Shown here in pieces: positions 28,234-38,636 of a stretch of DNA of 59,892 nucleotides. Numbering within the stretch: position 1 is the stretch's first letter; each line of letters starts with the position of its first letter. The translations under genes were made by a program, and so were the position numbers. The notes under the pieces are model-generated. The model was not told the DNA's origin and made no database searches. It saw only the letters and a list, made by a program, of their open reading frames with translations. This DNA is from a virus (taxonomy: Duplodnaviria; Heunggongvirae; Uroviricota; Caudoviricetes). Where the stretch lies: IMG/VR virus record IMGVR_UViG_3300030032_000362. One strand, 5' to 3'.

Positions 28234-29469
28234 TTAAAAGTTAAGTTTTACTGCTTTGGAATACTTACTATAATATTTCTTTTTAGCAATTACATTATAT
28301 GCTTTTATTTTAACCCATACCTTATATCCTTTTGGAATACTTAACCGGCATGGATATTTTGAAGCAGATACCGTTCCTAATTTTTTAAAATGCTTTCCTG
28401 TTTTAATATATATCGACACTTTTGCCTGATTTGTTTTACTTATTTTCCAGACAAGATTTGCTTTTCTGCCTTTTTTAGTTACTCGAAACTTTTTTAAAAC
28501 TGGGTTTGGCTTAGTTTTAACACTTTTTACATTAGTTACAAAATTGGTTCCGGATATAAAATAATAATATCTCTTATTTACTCTTATTTTCTTGTCTTTA
28601 TATTTCCCGGTTCCGGTTCCGATATACTTATAACTTCCTTTTTTTATGTTGGCGCGATATACGCGGCCTTTTCCCTGCCATTTTAATATTACTTGTTTCG
28701 CATCATAAGAAACTGTTAAAGCGATTTTTTTAATCGTTGTTCCTGAGTTGGCGGTAGGGCTTGGCTTTGTAGTTGACGCAGGCGTAGCCATTTTTGATGT
28801 GTCTCCCTCTACAGACAATAATGCATAATTGCTTAAAACGCTAGCTTTATTATCTGTAACAATGCAATAATAATACTTTCCGTTAATTGCACTAGTAACA
28901 TTTTCAGCTGTTAATAACAATATATTCGTGGATGCTCCGGAGATTTCTGTTCCTTCCTTATATAAACTATCTGAAACATACCATTGATAGGTAGCGGTTT
29001 TAGATTTAGCCATGCAAGAAAAGGATATCGCCTGATAAGCTTTAGTCTGTAAACTTTTAGGCTGCTCGCTAATTTCCGGAATAGCATCCATAACTTCAAT
29101 GGATGCATTACGCTGTAAAATTGTTACATTATTTCTAATAATACAAATGGTCGCCGAATACGTGCCAGATTCTCGTAGTGTAACTTTTTCTGATACATTT
29201 TTAGTCTGACTCAAATTCTTAAAAAGAATTGAAGAATTATCTTTTGTAACTTGCATAGTTACTTTGTAATCAGACCCGGCATCAATCGCAGCGTTAATAT
29301 AAACATCCTGTCCTGTTTTAGCAAAAGGATAATAACCGCCAAAACACTCATTGGAAAACCAAATGTTTACATTTGCTTCATCTTCTGCAAAAATGCGGCT
29401 AGATGGTATCATAGTAAATAATAAGGCAAGTGTCAATAGCCCTGCGATAAATTTCTTTTTTGTTTTCAT
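28234..29469 (-). CDS. Secreted/surface protein with Ig-like and FN3-like domains
   Basis: Signal peptide, ISEQP..TYQWY..YYYCIVTD Ig domain, Lys-rich FN3-like C-terminus. Confidence 0.75.
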   Translation of the reverse strand: MKTKKKFIAGLLTLALLFTMIPSSRIFAEDEANVNIWFSNECFGGYYPFAKTGQDVYINAAIDAGSDYKVTMQVTKDNSSILFKNLSQTKNVSEKVTLRESGTYSATICIIRNNVTILQRNASIEVMDAIPEISEQPKSLQTKAYQAISFSCMAKSKTATYQWYVSDSLYKEGTEISGASTNILLLTAENVTSAINGKYYYCIVTDNKASVLSNYALLSVEGDTSKMATPASTTKPSPTANSGTTIKKIALTVSYDAKQVILKWQGKGRVYRANIKKGSYKYIGTGTGKYKDKKIRVNKRYYYFISGTNFVTNVKSVKTKPNPVLKKFRVTKKGRKANLVWKISKTNQAKVSIYIKTGKHFKKLGTVSASKYPCRLSIPKGYKVWVKIKAYNVIAKKKYYSKYSKAVKLNF

Positions 29470-29587
29470 AATAAAACCTCCTAAGAATTATTTTCTTTCT
29501 AATATTAATATGTCTGTTTTCATTTAAAATAATTTCCGTATTATAAGAAAAACCCCCTGCGAAATTGCAAGGGGTGTAAATATGAGA

Positions 29588-29773
29588 TTAATTTAAAATT
29601 GTTTCATCAAGAGATACCCATTCGGAAAACTCTTCTAAAATAACATGACCATACTCTTCTGTTAATTCGTCTGCCGGAATTAATCCGCCACAGCAGCCGC
29701 AAATAACATCGCCATCATCTGTTAAAATTCCTCCATGAACCTCATTGTTCTCAATATCCTTAAACTTTACTTG
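29588..29773 (-). CDS. Hypothetical phage-type protein
   Basis: AAGGAGG RBS; ICGCCGG motif; start approximate. Confidence 0.6.
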   Translation of the reverse strand, partial: QVKFKDIENNEVHGGILTDDGDVICGCCGGLIPADELTEEYGHVILEEFSEWVSLDETILN

Positions 29774-29791
29774 TTTCATAAATATTCCTCC

Positions 29792-30676
29792 TTATTTATC
29801 ATTGTTTACAGCCTCTTGAAAATTAATGAAAAAGTGAATGCCTGTGCTATATTCATCCCATCTATCTTCATTAAAATTATCAACAGAAACAATTTCTCCA
29901 ACTTTATAAACAAATGATGAATCATAATCACTACGGACTTCTGTTATATCTGCTACAGTTCTGTCTCGATTAAGTATTCTTAATACTTTTGCTTTATTAC
30001 ATCGGCATTTTCTGGTAGTAGCAGATACACGTTTTGCATCTTCTGGGATTTCAAGTTCCACAATATATCCATGCGCTGTCTTATACCCAATAAACATTCC
30101 AAAGTCAGGACAAGCATAAGGGAAAAATGGTATATTATCAGCAGTAAATAACTTAGCATTAAATAAATCAACTTCACATAAATCGGCGTTATATAAATCA
30201 ACCTCGCGTAAATCAGTCCCGCTTAAGTCAACCTTGTATAAATTAGTTGTGCATAAATTAGCTCCACGTAAATCAGCTTCAAACAAATCAGCTTTGAATA
30301 AATCAGCTCCACATAAGTTAGCTCCAGATAAGTTAGCGAGGGGAAAACAAGCTCTGCATAAATCAGCTCCAGATAAGTCAGCCTCACGTAAGTCAGCTTC
30401 AAACAAATTAGCCATGTATAAACAAGCTGCGCGTAAATTAGCCTTAGATAAGTTGGCATTACGTAAGTCCGCTCTAAACAAATTAGCTTTGAATAAGTTA
30501 GCACCAGATAAATTAGCTCCACGCAAATCAGCTTCACGTAAATCGACCCCTCGTAAATCTATCCCGGATAAGTCAGCCTCGCGCAAGCGAGCCCTCATAT
30601 TTTCCCAGTCTTTACAATCTTCACTTAACCAATGTTTGTGATTTCTTAAAATCTTTGATAATTCTCTTTGCATCAT
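29792..30676 (-). CDS. Pentapeptide-repeat protein with DUF5758-like C-terminus
   Basis: A(D/N)Lxx repeats; VELEIPEDAKR..RKCRC..YKVGE..GIHFF. Confidence 0.9.
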   Translation of the reverse strand: MMQRELSKILRNHKHWLSEDCKDWENMRARLREADLSGIDLRGVDLREADLRGANLSGANLFKANLFRADLRNANLSKANLRAACLYMANLFEADLREADLSGADLCRACFPLANLSGANLCGADLFKADLFEADLRGANLCTTNLYKVDLSGTDLREVDLYNADLCEVDLFNAKLFTADNIPFFPYACPDFGMFIGYKTAHGYIVELEIPEDAKRVSATTRKCRCNKAKVLRILNRDRTVADITEVRSDYDSSFVYKVGEIVSVDNFNEDRWDEYSTGIHFFINFQEAVNNDK

Positions 30677-30680
30677 AATT

Positions 30681-30980
30681 TCACACCTTTCGTTTAATAA
30701 TTATCTGCTTAATAAATTTAGGAAGACTGCATATACAAATAGGTGCAGAAAAATCTCCATCCTTACTCATTTTGCATCCACAATCTCCGCATTCTCCTTC
30801 GTAACTTACATATTCCCATCCAAAAGGACAATTTTCACAATTTCTGTCATACCATAAATGAAGTTCCGTCCAATTTTTATGCTTCTTTTTGGCAGGGTTA
30901 CACATATGAATTGTATCTATCTTAATATTTCCGATAGATTTTTCTATATCAATATGCTTCCTCAACTTTAATATTGTCAT
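30681..30980 (-). CDS. Cys-rich hypothetical phage protein
   Basis: ORF in a tightly packed operon. Confidence 0.6.
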   Translation of the reverse strand: MTILKLRKHIDIEKSIGNIKIDTIHMCNPAKKKHKNWTELHLWYDRNCENCPFGWEYVSYEGECGDCGCKMSKDGDFSAPICICSLPKFIKQIIIKRKV

Positions 30981-31230
30981 TTTTTCTCCTTTCTTCTATG
31001 TTTAAATTGAATTTCATTTGTCCAACGCAATCATCACCTGAAAGTTTGGATGGCTTTTGAGGTTTATAACCATCCATATTTTCATAAAAAGCATCCATGC
31101 GATTAAAAATGAATAATTTACAATTATTTATGGTTTTCGCCGTGCTTTCTGCTATGATTTTATTTTTTTCTGTGCAATAAATACCATTTCCTGTTACAAG
31201 ATTGTTGCAGTACCTACAATATTGGACCAT
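30949..31230 (-). CDS. Cys-rich hypothetical phage protein
   Basis: QYCRYC motif, packed operon. Confidence 0.65.
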   Translation of the reverse strand: MVQYCRYCNNLVTGNGIYCTEKNKIIAESTAKTINNCKLFIFNRMDAFYENMDGYKPQKPSKLSGDDCVGQMKFNLNIEERRKNDNIKVEEAY

Positions 31231-31232
31231 AA

Positions 31233-31361
31233 CTAGTCCTCACTTTCTACAAACATACCAGATGCAAAATCACATTTTATAGGCTTATCTGCTATTGCAT
31301 TCCATTCTAACCATTTTCCACTATCTTTTTCTTTACCTTTGAACAAATATCTATCTTCCAT
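31233..31361 (-). CDS. Short YopX-like N-terminal fragment
   Basis: MEDRYLFKGKEKDSGKWLE, AAGGAG RBS. Confidence 0.5.
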   Translation of the reverse strand: MEDRYLFKGKEKDSGKWLEWNAIADKPIKCDFASGMFVESED

Positions 31362-31374
31362 ATTCTCTCTCTCC

Positions 31375-31635
31375 TTAATCTCGCAAATCTTCAATTTCTT
31401 CCTCTGTTGCTTCTCCGTCAATCGTTGTAGTGAAATATCTCCACCCGGTTCGATAACCATACATTGTAAATTTCTTGCCACAATTATCACAAGTGTATGT
31501 GTTGGTATCTTCGGTATAGCAATTAACACGTTCACCGCCTATGCATGTTTCTTCGTAAGACGGCTCGTATTCTTCGCCACAATAAGGACAGATGATATTC
31601 TTGTCATCTTCATAATTCCAATAACTATCGCTCAT
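31375..31635 (-). CDS. Zinc-ribbon hypothetical protein
   Basis: CPYCG..CDNCG. Confidence 0.7.
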   Translation of the reverse strand: MSDSYWNYEDDKNIICPYCGEEYEPSYEETCIGGERVNCYTEDTNTYTCDNCGKKFTMYGYRTGWRYFTTTIDGEATEEEIEDLRD

Positions 31636-31666
31636 ATTTCCTCCTATTCCACTTTTGATTATCAAC

Positions 31667-32017
31667 TTAGCATTGATAACTTCTTTCTAACCATCTATTT
31701 TTAAGTAGTGTTTTTGTGTATATTGTTCCGTAATAATCATCCTCACAATAACCACAATGCTGGTCTACATATGCATATAATCCAAAATCATCTCTTTGAG
31801 GTTTTGATGCGACTTCATATTCTTTTAATTCTTTTGATTTTTTATAAAGCCTATTATCCCTTTCATAACATTTTTCTAATGTCATATCTTCAAGAGATTC
31901 TCCATAACCACCAAAAGGATTATCATACTTTTTCTCAAATTTCATTCTGATTTTATTATGCCGTGCTATTCTCAATAACATAAATAAAACATACCATTTT
32001 TCAAAAATTTTTTTCAT
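31667..32017 (-). CDS. Hypothetical phage protein
   Basis: RBS, packed operon. Confidence 0.65.
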   Translation of the reverse strand: MKKIFEKWYVLFMLLRIARHNKIRMKFEKKYDNPFGGYGESLEDMTLEKCYERDNRLYKKSKELKEYEVASKPQRDDFGLYAYVDQHCGYCEDDYYGTIYTKTLLKNRWLERSYQC

Positions 32018-32050
32018 TTCATCTCTCTCCTTTTCTACTAATAATCATAT

Positions 32051-32416
32051 CTAATTTTTATTTACAACTTCTACATTTTTTACCCAAATCACTGCACCTT
32101 GTGGATGCTTGTAGTACCATATGTCTTTAATAGGCATTACATCAGATAATACCCATGCATATGGTGTTTTGTATCTTTTTTTTAGGTCTGAGTAAGAAAT
32201 ATCAACACAATGTTCTTCTCTTTCTTCTGACCAATCAGAACATGATATAGGATATGTAGAACTAATTACAGCAGTTGCAACAATTTTGTGAGTTCCACTT
32301 TCAAGAAGGTATATTTTCTCTCCTTGTTTTTTGGTGTCACTTCCTCTTATTTCAATGGTCTTTTTATCATTAACAATAAGGTCTAACCATTTCTTTTTAA
32401 TAATTAAACCATCCAT
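32051..32416 (-). CDS. ASCH-domain protein
   Basis: GLIIKKKWLDLI..KKTIEIRG..YAWVL. Confidence 0.85.
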   Translation of the reverse strand: MDGLIIKKKWLDLIVNDKKTIEIRGSDTKKQGEKIYLLESGTHKIVATAVISSTYPISCSDWSEEREEHCVDISYSDLKKRYKTPYAWVLSDVMPIKDIWYYKHPQGAVIWVKNVEVVNKN

Positions 32417-32425
32417 AATTACCTC

Positions 32426-32863
32426 CTATTCTGCTTCTGATTGAAGCCATTCAAGTATTGTTGGTGCTTTTGCTTGACAATCTTTACAAGAAATTTTATC
32501 TTGCTCACAGTCTTTATTTGCATATCCTATAAAATCTACAAAGCAAGTAGTTTTTATTTTCTGTATAAACTTCGCCAACTCTTCATCCGACATACTTCTA
32601 ATTCTGTCTGCGTTAGTCTGTCTGCTATCACATCTACGACAAGGCTTATTATCTCTTGGACTGCTGTTATGCTGGCAGTTGCAAGAAATCTTTTCTTCAC
32701 TATCATCAAATGCTTTTAAAAACATTTCATCAATTTCTTCCTCGTATCTACCACACATACCCTCGTAATCAATATCTGCAATAACTCTTGAAAAGAAATC
32801 TTTGAATTTGTCAGCAATATAATCTCCTGTGAAATCTTTAGGTATGTCAATTATTACTTTCAT
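32426..32863 (-). CDS. Hypothetical phage protein
   Basis: TNADRIRSMSDEELA..EWLQSEAE phage module. Confidence 0.7.
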   Translation of the reverse strand: MKVIIDIPKDFTGDYIADKFKDFFSRVIADIDYEGMCGRYEEEIDEMFLKAFDDSEEKISCNCQHNSSPRDNKPCRRCDSRQTNADRIRSMSDEELAKFIQKIKTTCFVDFIGYANKDCEQDKISCKDCQAKAPTILEWLQSEAE

Positions 32864-33057
32864 TCTTCTCCACCTCCATTTGCTGTTATAGCTAATTCTT
32901 CTGTTAATTCACCTTTTGGGTCAGTAAAAACATAAGAGCAATTCGTTGCCTTCCTGCATGGAACGCATTTTGAACTCATGGCATTACGAACCGCATCTGC
33001 GTATGTCATTTTATTTGCTACAATTTTTGCTTCTTCCAAATTCATTCCTGCACTCAT
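32860..33057 (-). CDS. Small chimeric hypothetical protein
   Basis: Coupled ORF containing the VirD4-like peptide NCSYVFTDPKGEL. Confidence 0.5.
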   Translation of the reverse strand: MSAGMNLEEAKIVANKMTYADAVRNAMSSKCVPCRKATNCSYVFTDPKGELTEELAITANGGGEE

Positions 33058-33467
33058 TCAACACCTCTCAATTCTGCCAGTTTTAATTCGGCTTCTTCTT
33101 TTGTGAGAAAAACTTTAACACCTACATCTTCCAAAGTGTAGCAGTTTTCTCCGTTGTCGTTATCATTTTTTGTATTAAAAGTTATAACAGTTCTATCTTT
33201 CAACTGTTTAATAAGTACTTGCGTAATTTTCATTGCAATAATTGGTTCTTTCGCGCCTGTATTAGTGCGATATACAATATCTCCAATTTTACAAGGAAAA
33301 TCACAAGACAACTTCACAAGCCGGCCTCGTTCTTCTAAATCTTCATACTCTGCAAGCTTTGTGAGTACTTCATCAGTAAAACGAGTAAAACATCCATTAT
33401 CTTTTATAAGATTTTGTTTTGCTACTCCGGTTCCATCTGAATTTCTCTTTCTTTCTGTTAATCTCAT
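33054..33467 (-). CDS. Hypothetical phage protein
   Basis: KLAEYEDLEERGRL..CKIGD..VFLTKEEAE family pattern. Confidence 0.75.
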   Translation of the reverse strand: MRLTERKRNSDGTGVAKQNLIKDNGCFTRFTDEVLTKLAEYEDLEERGRLVKLSCDFPCKIGDIVYRTNTGAKEPIIAMKITQVLIKQLKDRTVITFNTKNDNDNGENCYTLEDVGVKVFLTKEEAELKLAELRGVE

Positions 33468-33582
33468 ATTAAATTTCTCCTTTCTCCAATTTGTAAATAG
33501 TCTCATTAATAATATGTCTGTTATACACATTAATAAAAATTGATATATAACAAAAAAGCCCGCATAATGCGAGCTTTTCTAA

Positions 33583-34593
33583 TCAATATAAAATTGAATT
33601 TGAGCCGGCTTTAGATTTTAAGAACTTTTCCAAAGTTACAATATAGACGCCATCGGCTAACTGAATAGACGTATTATAATGACGTTTATTTTCCTTAGCG
33701 GCAGCCTCCATTGCCTCTTTTTCATTAGCAAATTCTTTTTGTCGTCCAATAGCTTCCTGCATTTTCTTCCAATGCCATGCCCGAACTTTCTGAAAAAGGT
33801 CATCAATATTGGATGCAGACCATTTCCGGATAGCTTTTTCCTCTAAATCTTCCATGTCGATATCGTCCAATGAAAAATCTTTACTACCGTAATTCTTATC
33901 CAAATTGTCATAAAATAGACTTCCGGCGTCTGTATTAATGTAAATTCTTGCATGACCCTGAAAACCATCATGATACCAAATCGAATTAATGTTCAATTTT
34001 TTCTTTGGTCTTAAATAAGCATCTGGGTCATACATTGCCTGGAAAATACGCAAAGTAGCAATAATATCATCATTTGCTTTATGAAACGTCAAACCAATAT
34101 CAGCACCATAATAAGCGGCTACATCAGGTAATTTATGTGATGGAACATCTTTCTTCTTTTTCAAAAGTTCTCTCGCCATTTGACAAGTATTAATGCTTTC
34201 ACAAAAAAGAAAACGCCCCTGCCTCGTATACAAGGCATCTAACATATTTACATCAAAATCAATACAATGTCCAATTAAAAGAGGTGCTTCTCCTAAGAAA
34301 TTATAAATTTCCGGAAAGACTTCGACTTCTAAAGGACAAGTAGCCAGAAATTCATCGGTATAACCGGTTATCTCTTTTACCTTATCGCTCAATGGGCGAC
34401 AAGGATTAATGAATACATTGATTTTATCTAACACCTCAAATGTTTCCGGGTCGATTTTTAATGCCGACAACTGGATAATATGATGCTTTACTGGGTCTAA
34501 CCCTTCTGTTTCAACATCAAATACAAAGACCGGCGTATTTGTTTGAATTGCGGTTTGTATTAAACGCGCCGCTTTGTCCAATTCTTTTCCCAT
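33583..34593 (-). CDS. DEDDh 3'-5' exonuclease (Pol III epsilon/PolC-exo-like)
   Basis: FDVETEGL, GHCIDFD, FHKANDD. Confidence 0.88.
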   Translation of the reverse strand: MGKELDKAARLIQTAIQTNTPVFVFDVETEGLDPVKHHIIQLSALKIDPETFEVLDKINVFINPCRPLSDKVKEITGYTDEFLATCPLEVEVFPEIYNFLGEAPLLIGHCIDFDVNMLDALYTRQGRFLFCESINTCQMARELLKKKKDVPSHKLPDVAAYYGADIGLTFHKANDDIIATLRIFQAMYDPDAYLRPKKKLNINSIWYHDGFQGHARIYINTDAGSLFYDNLDKNYGSKDFSLDDIDMEDLEEKAIRKWSASNIDDLFQKVRAWHWKKMQEAIGRQKEFANEKEAMEAAAKENKRHYNTSIQLADGVYIVTLEKFLKSKAGSNSILY

Positions 34594-34768
34594 ATTAAGC
34601 CTCCTTTAAGTAATTTCTGCAAATCATTTTGTTTTCTCTTCGAAGAGTATCTTTATACCCTTTGTGCGTAATTGTTCCGGTATTCATGCCGAAAGTCACG
34701 CGATTCTTTGCATAAAACTCTTTTCTTTTCTTCTTTGTCATTTTTGAAATCTCCATGATATTTCTCCT

Positions 34769-35260
34769 TTATACTGCATATTTTTTGTCACACGCTTCTG
34801 CTAAGCGTTGCAAGTATTTTAATTCTTCTTGCTTGCCATCAATGTACGCCATAGATAATTTAACAGACAACTTTTCAGTGTATTTTGAGTATTTTTCGCC
34901 AAAATCTACCATTGTTTTGGTAAAACGAGCCCAAAATTTATCACAATTATAAATCTCGTTAAATCTTTCTTGAATAATATAAAATTCAGCAAGCATTTGT
35001 TTACAAATGCTTTTTTGCAGCGGCTTTTTGTTTTCTTCTGCCATTGCTTTACGGCATTCAATAACGGCTAACGCCCACTTAACAGAGTATCTGCCACCAA
35101 AATGACGATATTTTTCTGAAAAGACGATACATTTTTTTGTAAAATCATTCCAAAAAGCATCATCTGTTATTTCTTTATCAAAACGACTATCTTCCATTAC
35201 CAAACGGTAAAAATCAGCATTAAGCCAATATTGATAATCGTCCTTACTAAATTTTTTCAT
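34769..35260 (-). CDS. Hypothetical protein with internal duplication
   Basis: DDAFWNDFTKK..FSEKY recurs as CDKFWARFTKT..FGEKY. Confidence 0.7.
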   Translation of the reverse strand: MKKFSKDDYQYWLNADFYRLVMEDSRFDKEITDDAFWNDFTKKCIVFSEKYRHFGGRYSVKWALAVIECRKAMAEENKKPLQKSICKQMLAEFYIIQERFNEIYNCDKFWARFTKTMVDFGEKYSKYTEKLSVKLSMAYIDGKQEELKYLQRLAEACDKKYAV

Positions 35261-35308
35261 ATTGACCTCCTAACTGTACCCGGAGAAAAATCCCCGGGTA
35301 CAAATTTT

Positions 35309-36139
35309 TTAGGCTACTGTTTCCAGAAACGCTTTTACATATGGAGCATCCGCCTGCATAGCCGGATTAGCCGCTGCATACGTTAAAATACCCTGTAAAA
35401 ACTTAGGCCCCTCTTTTGCGTAAATATCCGCAATAGTCTGTCCTTTCCGCGAACATTCAAATGAAATTTTGTGCATTCCCGGATTTTCTTTTGTTGAATC
35501 ATTGGACGGAGCGGCCGCTTCATCTGGATTAATTGAGTAATCCTCCACAGAGGCATCATCAAACAAAGAAATTGCTTCTGTTTGTTTTGATGTAGTCTCT
35601 CCGAATGAACCGGATGAAGATTTTTTCCCAAAAGAAAGTGTTACTTTTTTGTTTCTGTTGTAGATTTCAACATAAGTAACATTGCAATTGTCTCCATATT
35701 CGATGTCAATCACATCAAAACGGTCCGAACATGTATATTTGCCTTCGTATTCCCGAATATTGCAATTCTGAGAATTCACCCATAAAAATGGAGCAGAGTA
35801 TAATTCTCGTCCAATACCCCAACAAAAACATGCTCGTTTGAAAGAGTCAGATGCTTCTCCTTTTTCCTTTTCAGAATAGGATTCAACACCTACATCTTCT
35901 TTTGAAACAAACTGCCCTTTCTCTCCGTCCCAAATAGACACTTTACAAAAAAGCCGTCCTTTTTCATCTCTTCGATACGACTTTTCCCAATTCATAGGTC
36001 CGGCAGTTTCATCCAACAAACGCTGGTCTACTCGTGCATCCTTATAAAGCAGCAGGCTCAACCCAGAACCGGTTTTCGAAATGTTACCAATTCTTGCTTC
36101 TAAATCAGAAGCATACAATTTTCTAAAATTCAATTCCAT
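35309..36139 (-). CDS. Sak/Rad52-family single-strand annealing protein
   Basis: LLYKDARVD..LDE..GPMNW..KGEASDSFKRA..WGIGRELY. Confidence 0.88.
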   Translation of the reverse strand: MELNFRKLYASDLEARIGNISKTGSGLSLLLYKDARVDQRLLDETAGPMNWEKSYRRDEKGRLFCKVSIWDGEKGQFVSKEDVGVESYSEKEKGEASDSFKRACFCWGIGRELYSAPFLWVNSQNCNIREYEGKYTCSDRFDVIDIEYGDNCNVTYVEIYNRNKKVTLSFGKKSSSGSFGETTSKQTEAISLFDDASVEDYSINPDEAAAPSNDSTKENPGMHKISFECSRKGQTIADIYAKEGPKFLQGILTYAAANPAMQADAPYVKAFLETVA

Positions 36140-36252
36140 ATTTCATTCCTCCTGTTTTTTTATTGATATATATAATATGTCTGTCAGATAGGCACATAAA
36201 AAAACATCTGCTAAAGGATTTCCTTTAACAGACGTCTTTTTTTAATTGAACA

Positions 36253-36804
36253 TTATCTTTTTTCTAATTCAGCAATTTTAGCATTCATACGCTGGATTGT
36301 TTCCTGAATCGTATTGGAACGCAAATCTGCTTTGCACAATGGACAAAAATCAGATTTTAATAATTCACGTTTCAATTTGCTTCCGCAACAGCCGCAGCCG
36401 ATATACTCTGATGTTCGAGAAGTCACAACATGATTTTTCTCAATGTACTGCTGACGCTTTTCCTTTAACACAGCAATTCTTTTTTCTAAAGCAATCTGTG
36501 TTTTTGTTTTTGGCAAAAGCAGTTCTATGTTTCTACTCGCCCAATCGTACAGCTTACACCATGCGTCATTTGCACTTAATTCTTTAAATGCAATTTCATG
36601 ATAATCATCCGGCGTTTCGATTGCCGCCTGCCAGCCATGAGTATCATTGCCGCATTTTTCGTCCTCATGCCAGATTTTGCATACAACGCCTTTTATGGGA
36701 CTGAAACGATATACTGTGTCGTAATCATCGCCCCATTCGTGATATGCAACCGGCTCAATTTCTTTTTTCCACCGCGCAATTGGTGGAATTTTAATTTCTT
36801 TCAT
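36253..36804 (-). CDS. Hypothetical protein with zinc ribbon
   Basis: CGCCGS..CPLC. Confidence 0.7.
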   Translation of the reverse strand: MKEIKIPPIARWKKEIEPVAYHEWGDDYDTVYRFSPIKGVVCKIWHEDEKCGNDTHGWQAAIETPDDYHEIAFKELSANDAWCKLYDWASRNIELLLPKTKTQIALEKRIAVLKEKRQQYIEKNHVVTSRTSEYIGCGCCGSKLKRELLKSDFCPLCKADLRSNTIQETIQRMNAKIAELEKR

Positions 36805-36813
36805 ATAGACCTC

Positions 36814-37017
36814 CTATAATAAGCAAAATTCCGCAACTTTTGTATCAGCTTCTGCTTCTGATATACAATCATTGATTTCACGCTTAACACCCTCAATGCA
36901 GGATTCCATATCCTTTTTTACAATTGGATTCATAAGAATTCCTTTTGCCTTAGAATATTTGCATAAAATCAACTGGCTGCCCTCCTGTTTGATTTCGTAG
37001 TTATATTTTAACTGCAT
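36814..37017 (-). CDS. Hypothetical protein
   Basis: AAGGAGG RBS. Confidence 0.6.
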   Translation of the reverse strand: MQLKYNYEIKQEGSQLILCKYSKAKGILMNPIVKKDMESCIEGVKREINDCISEAEADTKVAEFCLL

Positions 37018-37174
37018 AAAACTTCCTCCTTTTCTTCGTCTGTAATATCCATCTCCAATGAATACTGGTTTTTGGAAATAATAATGCGAAATGGTCTTTT
37101 ATCAAGTCCCATTTCTTTTACGCGTTGACACGTAGATGAGAATACTTTTTGAGATTCTTTTCCTAATACTGTTA

Positions 37175-38173
37175 TCATGCTCTTTCCTCCTGCTCAATAA
37201 TTGTAATTTCATTTTTGTCATAATCGTAATAATATACAGAATTTGACAAAAAATCTTTTTCTGTTACCGCTTCTTCGTTGACTTCATGCACTGTTTTCTG
37301 CATTTCTGTTGTAGAAGCTAATACCGATTCTTTAGGAATTACTATGCACTCATGAACAGAAGATGGTAAAATATACACATCTCTTTGAAAAGTTTCATGA
37401 AGCCAGTCCGGATAAAGAATTACAGACGCACCAAAAAGACTATCGTTGTTTGTAATAATTATCATTGGATTTGATTCAAAGTCTTCTTCCGGCAAAAGAG
37501 ATTCAGCTCCCGGTGCAAATTTTAATATTATCTCTCGCATTCCCCTTGATACAGCAGGAAAGAAAGTAGGAGTATTAATCATTGCAGCCGCATATAATTC
37601 TGATTCAGAAATATCTAATTCAGACAAAAGATGCGGCGTAATCATAAATGACAATATTCGCTCTCCATCTTTACCGATAAGATAATGATAAACAATTGCC
37701 ATATCTAAATATGACTGTCCAACTGCATCATCTGGAATTGCCGGTACCAACCGGAAAAATACTTTATTAAGCAGCGACTGCTTTGTCCTTGGCATCTGTT
37801 CATTACATTTTCCTGTAACTTCTTGATGCTTTAACAAAGCATCTTGTCCAAGAATAATGATTTCCTCCGGAGTTACTTCTGTGTCGACAAATTGTGACAT
37901 CCAGACTACCGGGCCAATATTCGCATTCATTGATTCTTCGTAAAAAAGAATTCCTACTCCTTTTTCACCTTGAACCAGTTTTGCTTTTACCGGCGAAAGT
38001 TTTTCTACCTTTTTTAAAACTTCTTTTGCCTTGCGATACTGAATACACTGCTCATAGACCTTATAATGGTCATTTGAACACTTTTCTCCATAATCATTTG
38101 CCAGTTCCACACTATCAATGAATCCTTCCACCTCAGATTCATTAACTACGATTTTTCCTGAAATAAATTTCAT
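37175..38173 (-). CDS. DUF5688-like protein
   Basis: DMAIVY, ITN..FGAS.ILY, YILPSSVHE.IVIP, FLSNSVYYYD. Confidence 0.8.
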   Translation of the reverse strand: MKFISGKIVVNESEVEGFIDSVELANDYGEKCSNDHYKVYEQCIQYRKAKEVLKKVEKLSPVKAKLVQGEKGVGILFYEESMNANIGPVVWMSQFVDTEVTPEEIIILGQDALLKHQEVTGKCNEQMPRTKQSLLNKVFFRLVPAIPDDAVGQSYLDMAIVYHYLIGKDGERILSFMITPHLLSELDISESELYAAAMINTPTFFPAVSRGMREIILKFAPGAESLLPEEDFESNPMIIITNNDSLFGASVILYPDWLHETFQRDVYILPSSVHECIVIPKESVLASTTEMQKTVHEVNEEAVTEKDFLSNSVYYYDYDKNEITIIEQEERA

Positions 38174-38299
38174 AATGTTCTCCTTTCTGTTGTTCAATTG
38201 AATTACTCCAATTTGTTTAATAGATATATTTAATATGTCTGCTATGCTAATACATAAAAAAAAGAAGGCCGAAGCCTCCTTTTCTTACTAAACAGGAAA

Positions 38300-38569
38300 T
38301 TAGAGTTTAAATCCTAATGCCTCTTCAATTGCAGCAATTTCTGTTTCTCCATTATTTTCCATCATTTTTTCGTCCAATGTAATGGCAATCTTTTCAAAAT
38401 CATTGTCCGATAAAGAATCAAAAATTTCTTCCGGCAAATAATTTTCAGAAATATCTTTGCCCCATTGGATATTTTCCTGACGATGTAACTCCTTAATTGT
38501 GTCACCATCCAGTGTGACTTTTTTACCATTTACATTAAGCGTAATTCCTTCATAAAAATTCATTGTCAT
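38300..38569 (-). CDS. Hypothetical protein
   Basis: ORF with RBS, followed by a terminator. Confidence 0.65.
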   Translation of the reverse strand: MTMNFYEGITLNVNGKKVTLDGDTIKELHRQENIQWGKDISENYLPEEIFDSLSDNDFEKIAITLDEKMMENNGETEIAAIEEALGFKL

Positions 38570-38636
38570 ATTTTATTTCTCCTATGCTTATTATGTTAAA
38601 TCCATCTGTCATTCAGTTCTTCGAAAAGCTTATCTC

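Noticed and set aside
30180..30600. 15-bp DNA repeats as a regulatory or CRISPR array, and overlapping ORFs 30223-30537 and 30234-30641
   Set aside because: Explained by pentapeptide-repeat coding; the overlapping ORFs are shadows.
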